From: Eledone cirrhosa
Taxonomy: Eukaryota
NCBI GenBank assembly: GCA_964016885.1
Contig: OZ024745.1
Coordinates: 12,400,001 to 12,464,000 of the forward strand
DNA length: 64,000 bases
Direction: 5' to 3'
In this document: in pieces, positions 1-10,910 of the stretch
Numbering within the stretch: position 1 is the first letter of the stretch
How the letters are laid out: the number at the start of each line of letters is the position of its first letter
Made by a program: the position numbers and the translations under genes
The notes under the pieces: model-generated
Database searches by the model: none
The model's input: only the letters and a program-made list of their open reading frames with translations
Told to the model about the DNA's origin: nothing

Positions 1-259
1 TATCCTGATCGATAGTATTTTCCACAACAGTCGAGGTATACTTAGATGGTACTGATGGTGTCAAGTTTCTTACAGGCATAGTTGTTTCAAGGCGCTGTTC
101 AACCTGGCTGCTAGGAAGTCTAGTAGCATGGCGACCTGTAGCATGTGTTGTTGATAACATGTTTGTTGTGGGGGACTTACAATTAATAATATTTATCTTA
201 TTTTTACGTTCAACAAACGTAGCTTGTTGGCGTATGTATGTGTGTATGTATGTATGTAT

Positions 260-1812
260 GTGTTGAGCAGAATGTGGATCTCTACCAGGTGTTTGTTGAT
301 CTGACAAAGGCGTTTGACACGGTCAACAGAAAGGCTTTATGGGATATCTTGAGGAAGCTGGGGTGCCCTGAGAAGTTTGTTTCCATTTTGCGTTTGTTTC
401 CTGATGACATGAAGGTAAATGTTGGTGGAAAGTTCTCTGAGCCGGTGACGGTCGAGAATGGAGTCAAACAGGGTGACATTCCAGCTCCAACGCTCTTTGC
501 TTTGTACTTCTCCATTGTCTTCGAACAGGCCTTCGGGAACTGCAATCATGGTATATATGTTCACTATCGATCAACTGGAAAGCTGTTTAATATCAGGAGG
601 TTCAATGCTAAGTCAAAGGTTCACTTGTCACTAATCAGGGATTTGCTTTATGCAGATGACTGTGACCTGGTAGCGCACACGGAGATTGATATGCAGCATC
701 TCATGGAGGCATTCTCTAATGCGTGTACTGCATTGGGACTTACCATAAGCCTGAAAAAGACAGTAGCCATTGGCAGTTTTGTATATCTTGGAAGTACTCT
801 GAGTATGTCCTGCGATCTTGATGGGGAAATATCAAACAGGATACAGAAAGCCGGTGATGATTTTGGAAAACCGAACAAGCGTCTCTGGTCTCAACACGGA
901 ATTTCGGTAAAGACAAAGCTCAAAGTGTATCATGCTTGTGTGCTCGCGGCACTTCTTTGTTTGTGAGACGTGGATGGTCTACCGTAGTCAGATAAAGCGA
1001 CTTGACAGGTTCCACCAGTACTGCTTACGTCGGATCTTCGGCATAACTTGGCAAATGTTTGTCAGTGACGTCGAGGTTCTGGACAGAAGTGGCTGTGATA
1101 GTGTCGAGTCCTTGATTTTGAAACATCAGCTGCGCTGGACCGGCCATCTTGTGAGGATGAATGACAAGCAAATACCGAGGCAGCTGCTTTATGGCGAGCT
1201 CCAAATGGGAAAAAGGAACGAGAGCAAACCCAAGATGCGTTTTAAGGACTGCATCAAGGGGGCGCTCAAGAAAAGTAACATCCCTTGTGAGCACTGGGAA
1301 GCATGCGCTAGCGACCGATCGCATTGGAGGAAAGCAGTGGATAGTGGCAAGAGTCTATTTGAGGAAACAAGAAGAAGGCACGCGACACTAAAAAGAGATG
1401 TCCGGAAAGGAATCCATGTTGGCCTTCCCGAAGGCACTGACAGATGGCCTGACTGACATGTGATACCTGTAATAGGGTTTGTCTGAGCATGGCAGGTCTA
1501 AAGAGTCACCTGAGAGTGCACAAGAAGAGGGAAGCAGGCACCTGTGGAGCTATAAGTGTTCATCAGACGACGTCATGTAATGTTTGTGGAAGGGTATGCA
1601 GGTCGAGTCGTGATCTCACACGACACCTTGGGTCACATGGTACCATGGGCCCAGCACTAGGTGTCAATAATTGTCACAAGTGTAGTGTTTTTACCAGAGT
1701 TTTCAAGTCGCTGGCTGGACTAAAAAGCCACACTCGTTCAGCGCATCGGTAGGGGTTCTCCTACATGGATATAAAGTAGTGGCCGTACTCGAAAACGAGT
1801 TGGCAGCCACCA
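260..1812 (+). mobile_element. 5'-truncated, decayed RTE (BovB-like) non-LTR retrotransposon: RT domain, C-terminal region and C2H2-like zinc fingers
   Basis: ORF 238-966 has RT motifs FVDLTKAFDTV, GVKQGD, LLYADD and YLGS. ORF 932-1456 has RTE C-terminal motifs (QLRWTGHLVRM, PRQLLYGEL, DRSHWR). Fingers follow at 1459-1746. Frameshifts near 960 and 1445. Flanked on both sides by (TATG)n. Confidence 0.92.
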
Positions 1813-1913
1813 TGTATGTATGTATGTATGTATGTATGTATGTATGTATGTATGTATGTATGTATGTATGTATGTATGTATGTATGTATGTATGTATTAT
1901 GTATGTATGTATG
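1813..1913 (+). repeat. (TATG)n microsatellite, RTE 3' tail or target
   Basis: About 25 TATG units directly after the RTE 3' end. Confidence 0.95.
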
Positions 1914-1929
1914 AATCAATGGCCATCCC

Positions 1930-2665
1930 AAATCACTTTGTCAAGGCAGAATTCTAGGAGAAGGAAAACTCTTATATAACACCTGCAACCCTGGTGGTAT
2001 CCAATGATGTTGACTTGCCATTCTTTTTGGTAAATATCATCTTGGTTAAGAGAGTGGGACTGGCTTTGTGCAGTGCCTTTGCTCACTATAAAAGCTTCAC
2101 GGCACAGGCATTGCTTTATATCTGGAGATCTCTCTGCACTTGTCGTCACATGTAACCCAGTACAACCTGTCGCATGGTCGGGTCGTCGGCGACTAAATCG
2201 GCAACCTCACCAAGTTTACTTGTTGAAGAGGGTGATTTTGGACACCCTGCAGGACAAAAAACAAAACCTGACAAAGGACGGAAGAACTCATAATAGTCAA
2301 CGACCATCCAAAAGTGTGTAAATATGTATATGCACATGTACATGTGTGTGTATATGTGTATATACATAGGTGCATGTGTATGTATATGCGCGGGGACATA
2401 GAAATAGTCGGGCTGGACACCCGATCGCGCGGTTAAACAACTGGGAGTGAAGGACCCCTAGTCTTTGTCAGGGCATTCTTCTAGGAGAAGGCAACTCAGG
2501 AAACTGGGATAACTCCGATATAAAACCTGCGGCTCAGTAGTTACCGATGATGTTGATCTTTTCTTCTTTTCGGGTTATAGCTACTGTCGCTCAGAGAGTG
2601 GGATTGGCTCAGTGCACAGTCTTTCCTCACTTTAAAAAAAATCTTCACGCACAGGCATTGCACGA
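1930..2665 (+). mobile_element. Cluster of RTE 5'UTR-like / non-autonomous fragments
   Basis: 1930-2115 and ~2460-2665 are diverged copies of each other (shared ttctaggagaagg, gatgttga, gagagtggga, gcacaggcattgc). 2144-2330 belongs to a second family that recurs at 9855-10171. RTE assignment is from motif recall only. Confidence 0.5.
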
Positions 2666-2759
2666 TAGAATTAATTAATAATTATTTATAATGGTATATC
2701 GTGCAATGGGCATACTCGATAACGAGGGGGCAGCCATCATATCTATATGTATGTATGTA

Positions 2760-3080
2760 TGTATCCTGGAAACGACATCCCACCTTGTATAAAATCTATG
2801 GCAAACTCCCTCCAGCCTCTGCCCTTCTAAAATCCCGGAGAGCTCAATTTGCTGGCCACTGTCACCGTGCCAGCAAGGAAATCATATCCGCTCTCTTGCT
2901 CTGGAACCCTGACTCCAGCCTGACTAGGAGCAGGAAGCTGTCATTCCCTGACGTTATCTCTAGGGATACGGGAATCAGTAGACAGGACCTGGGGGAAGCG
3001 ATGGAGGACAGGGAATTCTGGGGCATGAGGGTGAGATCCATCATCTCGACAGTAGTCGACGAATGATGATGATGATGATG
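2760..3080 (+). mobile_element. RTE-clade LINE 3' end with (GAT)n tail
   Basis: ORF 2701-3066 has WKRHPT, QFAGHCHR, LLLWNP and AMEDREFW, typical of an RTE C-terminus; followed by (gat)n. Confidence 0.8.
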
Positions 3081-3974
3081 TATATATATATATATGTATA
3101 TATATATGTATGTATATAAGTATGTATCTATGTATGTATATATATATATGTATATATGTATGTCCCCGTAACTCCTGATGAAGCTGTATGGTGTCCCAAG
3201 TGACATACCGTAACTCTATGCTACTGCTGTTGCCAGTAGAATACCCAGTAATATCAGAGCATCCACTTTATTGTGTGGGGTACTGTTGTTTTATTCCACG
3301 GCGTTCTAATGTAATTTCATGTGAGCCGCTGGAATTAATTTATATTGCATCATCTTCTATGTAAATCAAACTCTAAGGAGACACCTCTAAATTTAAGTGC
3401 TTTTCTTGGGCAGCAAAGAGAAATTGTTAAACTGAACATTGATGAATCATCGCTAGGTTTCATTATAGTTATGACAAAATCAATAAATATGAAATCCCTT
3501 AAGTTCCATCATCGCTTAAATCATCAGAGTAATAAACAGTTTAAACCAGCTACATATTACTTACATATTCGATCACTTCCAACGAATAGTTTTTATTAGT
3601 TTTATGAACAATAGTGATATTGTTAACTGTGATAGGTAGCCGTTGTCAGTCTCTTGCCTAATATATCACTTTATATAACTTGACAATTTACATCTTCCTC
3701 AGTTATAAATTTGACACAAAACTATATATCAAGCCATATTTATAGTGGCAGGAGGCTGTTGTCTATTTAATCCAACTTCGGTACTTAGTTGCTGCATTTT
3801 TATCGAATCCAGAAGTATGAAGTGAGGACCCGTAACACTCGAGAGAGTCGTAGGGACGTCGAATTAAGATATAGCGTTTCTAGGGAGGGGGGTGGTAACC
3901 TGGCGGTACTCCTCAATCAAGGTCAGAAGATTTCTTCCAGAGAGAGAAAGTGAGAAAGAGATATAGAGGAAGGA

Positions 3975-4134
3975 TTGACCCCAGTACTAGACTGGTACAT
4001 TTTTTATCGACCTTGAAAGGATGAAAGGCAAAGTTGACCACGGCGCGATTTGAACTCAGAGAAAGCAGAGAACTGGAACAAATACTGCAAAGCATTCTAT
4101 CTGACATTGTAACGACTCCGCCAATCCACCGCCT
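3975..4134 (-). mobile_element. tRNA-headed SINE (family A)
   Basis: Minus strand has B-box-like GAGTTCAAATCG followed by ctttcatcctttc..gtcgataaa..gtacc. The same family recurs many times in the window. Confidence 0.75.
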
Positions 4135-4399
4135 CAGATATGAAGTATAAAAGCCAAAATCCTTCCTGACAACATGAAAAAAATAAAAGTAAACTAATTA
4201 CTACAAGACATTTTTCTCGGCCCTCTACCGACTGCCAGGACCAGATTTAGACCTTGGTAGGGCTCGGGGCAGTGCAGTTCAAGTTTGGTGGGACCCTCAT
4301 ATAATAACACACACATGTATGTGTGTATATCTATATCTACACATACATAAACACAAGAAACAAAAAACTGTTAAACATTGTGTACAACAACAATCTAAT

Positions 4400-7300
4400 A
4401 AAAACACAAGGGCCTAACTTCACCCAGGCAGGGGATTTCCCCCACCTCAAAATGATTAAGGCCCCACAGGACACCTATAAAACTTTAAAAAACAATTTTA
4501 AAGAGGACGTGGGTCCCCCCTGCGTCGGGCCCATTAACCGCGTCCTCCTAAAAAACTACCCCACCCCCTCCCAAAACACCCACACAACTCCAAGCTCCCC
4601 AACCACACAACACACTGATGCCCCTACACTTCCACAAACCACCACCCCACCCAACAACCCATCCCCCACCCTAATGGAAATTGTGCAGCCCGATACCCGG
4701 GACGCAGAGAGGTAAGTGCCTTTTCTCTTCACCACCAACATGGCTATGCTAAGAGTAGGCTGTCTAAATGCGCGTGGCCTGGGCTCAACTTGGAACCAAG
4801 CAATGCTTCTAAATGACCTCAGGTCACAACGTATAGATGTGATGGTTATTTGCGAGGCCCGGATCAGCAACGTGCGACAGCTGTCCCCCACCTTTGATGA
4901 CTTTGAGATGCACACATCTCTCTGTCAGCCCGGAGGTGGGGGTGGAGTTGTCGTTCTGCTGCAAAAACATCTGGGTCTCGCAACACAGATGGTACATTTG
5001 GACCCGGAGGGTCGACTAGTGGTTCTGGACCCTGGCAGTGGTAAAGGCGGAGCGTTTAGGTTGGTAGCCGCCTACGGCCCTTTCGGGTCAATGCGGCCGG
5101 ACTTCTTCCATCGTCTGGAGACTTTTCTAGGGACGTCCCGCTCCTTGCTATTAGTGGGAGACTGGAATGGTATCCTAGATGCACGCTGGGACTACGTAGG
5201 GGTCTGTCCCGATAGAGAGGGGTGTAATAGCCTCAAAGGGTTAATCGGTCGATTTGACCTGGCCGATAGATATCGACTAGATTTTCCGACTGCGCCAACC
5301 TGGACTTGGGCAAATCGTAGCGGATCATCTAGGTCGTACCTAGATAGGTTCTTAGTTAGAATTAAGGATAAGGACTTTTTAAGTTGTCCAAAAATGCGCA
5401 TGGTTGGCTATTCAGACCACAAGTTAGTGACCTGCATGATCAACCTTGACAGAACTCATAGACGGGGACCCGGTTACTGGAAGTTCAACTTGTCCTTACC
5501 GGCAAGTAAGGCTTACAGGGACCGGATTAGCACTTTAGTTAAGGAGCGGTTGACGGGCGCCATCGTCAACAGCAGGTGGTGGGGATCTCTCAAAAAAGAG
5601 ATTAGAGTAGTCTCTATAGAATTTAGTAAGGAGTTAGCCTCCAATAGAAATAGGAAGGAAAGAGAGTTGGTAGATAGTGTAGAAGAGGCAATTAGAAGCG
5701 GCGACGTGGCCAGAGTGCTAGCGTCGAGAACGGCCCTGGGCCAGTTCTTCGACGCGAAACACGAAAGCTGCATCGTCCGAAGCAAAATACGTACTCTGGG
5801 AAACGAGGGGACCAAAGCTGTTAGCTGGGCCCGCGTGACAGAAGCCAAAAGAGGGAGCAGATCCACTATCCGGTCTTTGCGAGACCAGGATGGACGGGTG
5901 ATCCTTGAACCTAAGCAGATGTGCGAGGCTTTTCAAAAGCACTTTGCCGGATTGTTCGGAAGGGGCGGAGGGCGGGTTGGGGACGTGGACTTCGGTCCAT
6001 ACCTCGACGGCCTGCCGCGTCTCTCGGACAGGGAGGCGAAGTCCTGCGAGGAGCCGATTTCAGCCGCTGAGATAGAGGACGTGCTGAGCCAATGCGGCAA
6101 ACGCAAATCCCCGGGTCTCGATGGTCTTCCATACGAACTATATCTAGCTATGCCGGACTTGTTCCCCGACCTCCTCGAGGCGGTCTACTGCAACTGGCAA
6201 CAGAACGGGAGAATTGCCTGTGCTGTGACCAAGGGCGTAGTCACGCTAGTGAGGAAGGACGAGAACAAGGGGGACGATATAAATAATTTCAGGCCCATAA
6301 CTCTGCTAAATACAGAGTTACAGATTTTGGCCAAGGTGCTAGCAAAGAGGTTGGCGCTTGTCGTGGGCAACCTGGTGGGAGATGCGCAGACATGTGCTAT
6401 CCCGTCCAGGTCCATCCACGATAACCTCCACCTCATGCGATACATCATAGAGAGGGTTGGGAACGAACCCGGCTTTGGTGGGGCCCTGATCAACTTGGAT
6501 CAATCTAAGGCATTCGATAGGGTCAACCATGGTTACCTGGATGCGGTGCTAGCGGCGGCAGGCTTCGGACCCGTTTTCAGGGGCTGGATCAATGCCATGC
6601 ACAGCAGCCGCATCTGCTCTAGGGTCAAGGTGAACGGCTACCTCTCGGAGCCGTTCGAAATCGCGCGGTCCATCCGACAGGGGTGCCCTCTCTCCTCCCT
6701 TCTGTATGTAATGACTCTAGAGCCACTGCTGCGGAAGTTGGAGTTGTTGCAGGGCATCCCGTTGGAACCAGGATTGCGGAAAGCGGAGTCAGCCTACGCT
6801 GATGACGTAACAGTAATGGTGTCGACGGCCTCGGAAATCGGGGCTATCGGCACCTTACTGAAGGAGTACGAAAGGTTTACAGGGGCTAAGCTGAACCGGG
6901 ACAAGTCGATCGGTCTGCAACTCGGCACGTGGAGGGGCAGATCGATGCCCTCCGATGGCGTCTCGGGCGCTGGACGGAGGGCCCGGTGAAGCTGCTCGGG
7001 GTCTGGTTCGGACCAGACCTCCAGGTGGAGAAGAACTGGGGTGAGGTGACGAACAGGGTGTTTGCACTGACCCAGAAGTGGGCCGAGTGCAAACTGTCCC
7101 TGAAAGGTCGGGCGGAGGTGGCGAATACTTATATAGCGTCCGTCATCTACTACCGCCTGACCGTTGTGCCTTGCCCAAGGGAAACGCTCGCCAAAATGGA
7201 GCGCGCACTCTTCCAATTCCTTTGGAAGAAGCGGGCTCCTATGGTGAGGAGATCCATCTGCTGTCAACACCCTTCGAAAGGAGGGCTGGGGATGCCGTGG

Positions 7301-8434
7301 CTAATGATACGTAAACACGCATTAAGGCTACGGCACCTTCAGGTATTCCTCTCCGGTCAACCGGTGTGGGCCCCGTTTGTGAGGCGAGCCTTTCCCAGAC
7401 TCGTCTCACTCACCGAGCTGCAATCCTGGGTCAAGCAAAGACCGAGAAAACTGGGCGCCTGGCACACCGAGTGTGCCCAGGCGCTCACGGCTCTCTGGCA
7501 GGCGGACCCGGCTGTCAGTGGAGAATCCATCTCGTCATTCTATAGAGGGCTGGTGGTTAGCAGGTGCGACGACGCCCTCGGAGAAGCCCTAGGCATGGAG
7601 CAAGACGAACTGGCCAACCTGTTCGGTAGGACATTCAGCCCGGGACCCATGGATAACTTCCAGAGGTCCCTGGCCTGGCAATGCTACAGAAGGGCTCTGC
7701 CCGTTCGAGAAAGGCTCTACAGACACGGGCGCCCGGGTAGGGACCCATCGAAAAAGATATGTCCCAGATGCGTGTGCGACGAGGAAACCGTTGCACACGC
7801 ATTGGTACACTGCTCGGGCATTGCCGATCTGTGGGGCTATGTCGAACAACTGCTGTCAAGGTGGGACCGATCCGGTTGACCACCGAGTTTATTGTAACGA
7901 TCAAGCCGCCTCCCCTCTTCAAAAACGAAGGAGAGGCGGTGTTTCTGTGCGTAATAGCCATAGCGAAAGAGGTTGTATGGTGGACGCGTCTGAAAGGACT
8001 GAGGTCAGACACCTTTCTCTCTGGCCAACAACTGGTCCGTTTCTTCCGATATCATTTCGGAAGAAGGATCAGGATGGAGAGAGAGGTGCTGCACCCCAGC
8101 CGTTTCTATGAAAGATGGGTGAAAGTGGCGAGAATGGCCCGTGTGAATGGGCCTTCACTCTACATCAGACTATAGGTGAGGAAGATGAAAGACCAAGGAA
8201 GCACCCCTTCTCTGTGCTCCTGAGGAGAAGGGTTGCACACTTTTTCGGGGGTGTGTGCGACCCCCCAAGGCGCCTCCTCTCTATTGAGGATTTTGTTAAA
8301 AATTTTATTTTTTGTTATATCTTATTTTATTTTTATATTTTGTTATTGCCTCCTCCTTATTGAGGACGCCTTTTTGTGTAAACTCCCCCCTTTGTACTTG
8401 TCCCACTTTTGATGCCCTAGTGGCAAATAAAAGA

Positions 8435-8436
<2 letters not shown>
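4400..8436 (+). mobile_element. Tx1/L1-clade non-LTR retrotransposon, 5'-truncated, frameshifted ORF2
   Basis: GC-rich block with an ORF1-like tail (to 4715), ORF2 pieces, and a T-rich 3'UTR with AATAAA at 8426-8431 running into (TA)n. Confidence 0.92.
4716..8175 (+). pseudogene. Tx1-type ORF2: APE endonuclease, reverse transcriptase and C-terminal CCHC knuckle, split by two frameshifts
   Basis: Endonuclease motifs LNARG, GDWN, LDRF, SDH; linker GPGYWKFN; RT motifs KSPGLDGLP, FRPITLLN, DQSKAFDRV, RQGCPLS, YADD; knuckle CPRC..ETVAHALVHC. Three overlapping ORFs: 4716-6989, 6929-7879, 7759-8175. Confidence 0.92.
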
Positions 8437-8525
<89 letters not shown>

Positions 8526-8663
8526 CCAGAATTAGCCGTCGAAACAGCTTGAGCTCAGCCGTCGGGGTCCTACTCGTTCCTATTACCCACTCTACTACCC
8601 TAAGTATTGAGTACTTTGGTGCGTTATGGTCCACCTGGTTCCTTACCACATTTCCTTCGTTTT

Positions 8664-8713
<50 letters not shown>

Positions 8714-8782
8714 AAAAAGAGATGAAATCGAAAATGCAACTGAAGTCTTATTTTTTTTTTAAATATATATATTTATTTGGTT

Positions 8783-8820
8783 CCTTTACCGGTTTCGCAG
8801 TTCTTCTGCTTTTCAAAAGG
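8783..8820 (-). ncRNA. Minimal type I hammerhead ribozyme motif, U3-A8 variant (mirror copy)
   Basis: Exact reverse complement of 8891-8928. Confidence 0.75.
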
Positions 8821-8890
8821 TGAGTTGAGATGGAGGGTCTGTGGTTTTTCTCACATCTGAGAAAAACCACAGACCCTCCATCTCAACTCA

Positions 8891-8928
8891 CCTTTTGAAA
8901 AGCAGAAGAACTGCGAAACCGGTAAAGG
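8891..8928 (+). ncRNA. Minimal type I hammerhead ribozyme motif, U3-A8 core variant
   Basis: CCTT-TTGAAAA-GCAG(AAGAA)CTGC-GAAA-CCGG-TA-AAGG: stem I CCTT/AAGG, stem II GCAG/CTGC, palindromic stem III ACCGGT, GUA cleavage triplet. Confidence 0.75.
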
Positions 8929-9060
8929 AACCAAATAAATATATATATTTTTTTTAAAAAATAAGACTTCAGTTGCATTTTCGATTTCATCTCTTTTTCT
9001 TTATACTTTCACTCGTGTAGGACACCTCGGTTATTTTTCATTTTGTAAAAAAAATCTCAC

Positions 9061-9140
<80 letters not shown>

Positions 9141-9413
9141 CGAGGGAAAAGTGGTAAGGAACCAGGTGGACCATAACGCACCAAAGTACTCAATACTTAG
9201 GGTAGTAGAGTGGGTAATAGGAGTAAGTAAGACCCCGACGGCTGAGCTCAAGCCGTTTCGACGGCTAATTCTGCCGTCGGGGTCTTACTTACTCCTATAT
9301 ATATATATATATATATATACTTGAGGGCGGGCCGACAGAGGTAGAAGCTGCTCAATTGTCTGTGATTTTCAGCACCATGGATTTTATCTGTTATATTCCT
9401 TCGTTATATTTTG

Positions 9414-9477
9414 AATTACCTGATGATGTCACCGGATTCATACTGAACCCGGTCATTGAAATGATCATAGTATAATT
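9414..9477 (+). ncRNA. Degenerate hammerhead-like motif
   Basis: AATTAC-CTGATGA, imperfect stem II (ACCGG..CCGGT), GAA-ATGATCAT (palindrome)-A, then GTATAATT. The stem II closing pair is mismatched. Confidence 0.4.
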
Positions 9478-9512
9478 AACCTTTCAAGGATTTACACCAG
9501 TCCAGCCTCCTG

Positions 9513-9557
<45 letters not shown>

Positions 9558-9643
9558 ATATAATATAATATATAATATATAATATAATATATATATTATA
9601 TATATAATATATATATATAATATATATATATAATATATATAAC

Positions 9644-9805
9644 TCTTCTTGGTTGTCCATCGTAAACGATGATGACATCTTTATTTTAGTTCCCGTCTGC
9701 CGTGGGCACGAAGGTGGCTGTGGAGGCCGATCTTTGACTTGCAGGTCCGGACAGCCCCCTCCCCCTCCCTACAGAGGTACATGCCCCTCCCTGACACCCC
9801 AGGCA
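9644..9805 (-). mobile_element. RTE (BovB-like) 3' end fragment
   Basis: Minus-strand translation RTCKSKIGLHSHLRAH (terminal zinc finger), then gtcatcatcgtttacgatggacaaccaagaaga, resembling an RTE 3'UTR. Confidence 0.7.
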
Positions 9806-9854
9806 TATACACACGTATATACATAAACATACATATGTCCATGTGTATAGTATA

Positions 9855-10170
9855 TACATATTTACACATTTTTGGATGGCCGTTAACTCTTATCGGTTCT
9901 TCCGCCCTTTGTCGCGTTTTGTTTTTTGTCCTGCAGGGTGTCCAAAATCACCTTCCTCACCAAGTAAACTTCGTGGGCTTGCCAGTTTAGTGTCCAAAAA
10001 CTGGCAACCCCACCGAGTTTACTTGGTGAGGAGGGTGATTTTGGACACCCTGCAGGACAAAATACAAACCCTGACAAAGGGCGGAAGAACTAGTGTCAGC
10101 TCGCTCTTGAATGCTACTGGTAACATGTAAACCAGTACAACCTGTCGCATGGTGGGGTCGTCGGCGACTA

Positions 10171-10171
<1 letters not shown>
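9855..10171. mobile_element. Inverted and rearranged copies of the 2144-2330 repeat
   Basis: 9855-9988 matches 2197-2330 in reverse; 9998-10091 and 10119-10171 match it forward. Confidence 0.8.
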
Positions 10172-10264
<93 letters not shown>

Positions 10265-10514
10265 AATATATATATATATATATAAACAACTGGAAACTTT
10301 CTTTAACATTTTGATTCCGCGAAATATGTGTGTGTGTGTGTGTGTTTGTTCTTGCACGCATAAACGCAGGAACAGAGAGAGAAGAAAGGGCCCTGTTTGG
10401 AGAGGGGTGGTTCGGTTCAATGCACCAAATATGAAAATCAAAGCTTCAACAAGATAAGACGTGGATTTCAACTCAGTATTACTCCAATACACCTCCACTC
10501 CACCTTTTCCTGTA

Positions 10515-10910
10515 ATATAATGATTTCTCATTTAGGCACAAGGCCAGCAATTTTGATGAGCAGGGTCGATTTTATCAACTGCAGAATATGAGTGCAGTAT
10601 ACATTTTTTATCGAACTCGAAAGAATGAAAAGCATAATTGGCCTCGGTGGGATTTGAACTCAGAATATATAGGCCTGTCACTAAATACCACAAATCATTT
10701 TGTCCGACGCTCTATCGATTCTGCCAATCAGCCCTTTTTCCAGTAATATAATGGTTTCTAATTTAGGCACAAGGAAGGCCAACCATTTTGGGAGGAGGGT
10801 AAATTCGATTATATCGACGCCAGTACATTATTGGTATTATTTTATCAACCGCGGAAGGATTAGAAGCAAAGCTAACTCGACAGTATTTGAAGAATAAATA
10901 GAACCATTCT
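10515..10910 (-). mobile_element. Two tandem copies of SINE family A
   Basis: Both contain tttaggcacaagg..ttttatc..gaa..at.a.aagca. The second copy runs directly into the 45-bp array. Confidence 0.7.

Larger units (their letters stand above)
8706..9005. repeat. Near-perfect ~300-bp palindrome (Penelope pLTR-like inverted pair)
   Basis: Arms 8706-8853 and 8858-9005 with a 4-nt spacer CATC; they differ only within a T/A run. Confidence 0.95.
8522..9272. repeat. Outer inverted pair of a ~140-bp element (8522-8664 and 9140-9272) between (TA)n runs
   Basis: 9140-9272 is the reverse complement of ~8527-8658 with several substitutions. 9273-9296 is a further short fold-back. Confidence 0.9.

Noticed and set aside
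3172-3260. CTGATGA hammerhead-like start
   Set aside because: A partial stem is present, but there is no GAAA in the right position; at best a decayed remnant.
8522-8565. Half-hammerhead (hairpin-GAAA...TC) in the outer inverted pair
   Set aside because: The 5' core is absent in both copies and stem III does not pair properly.
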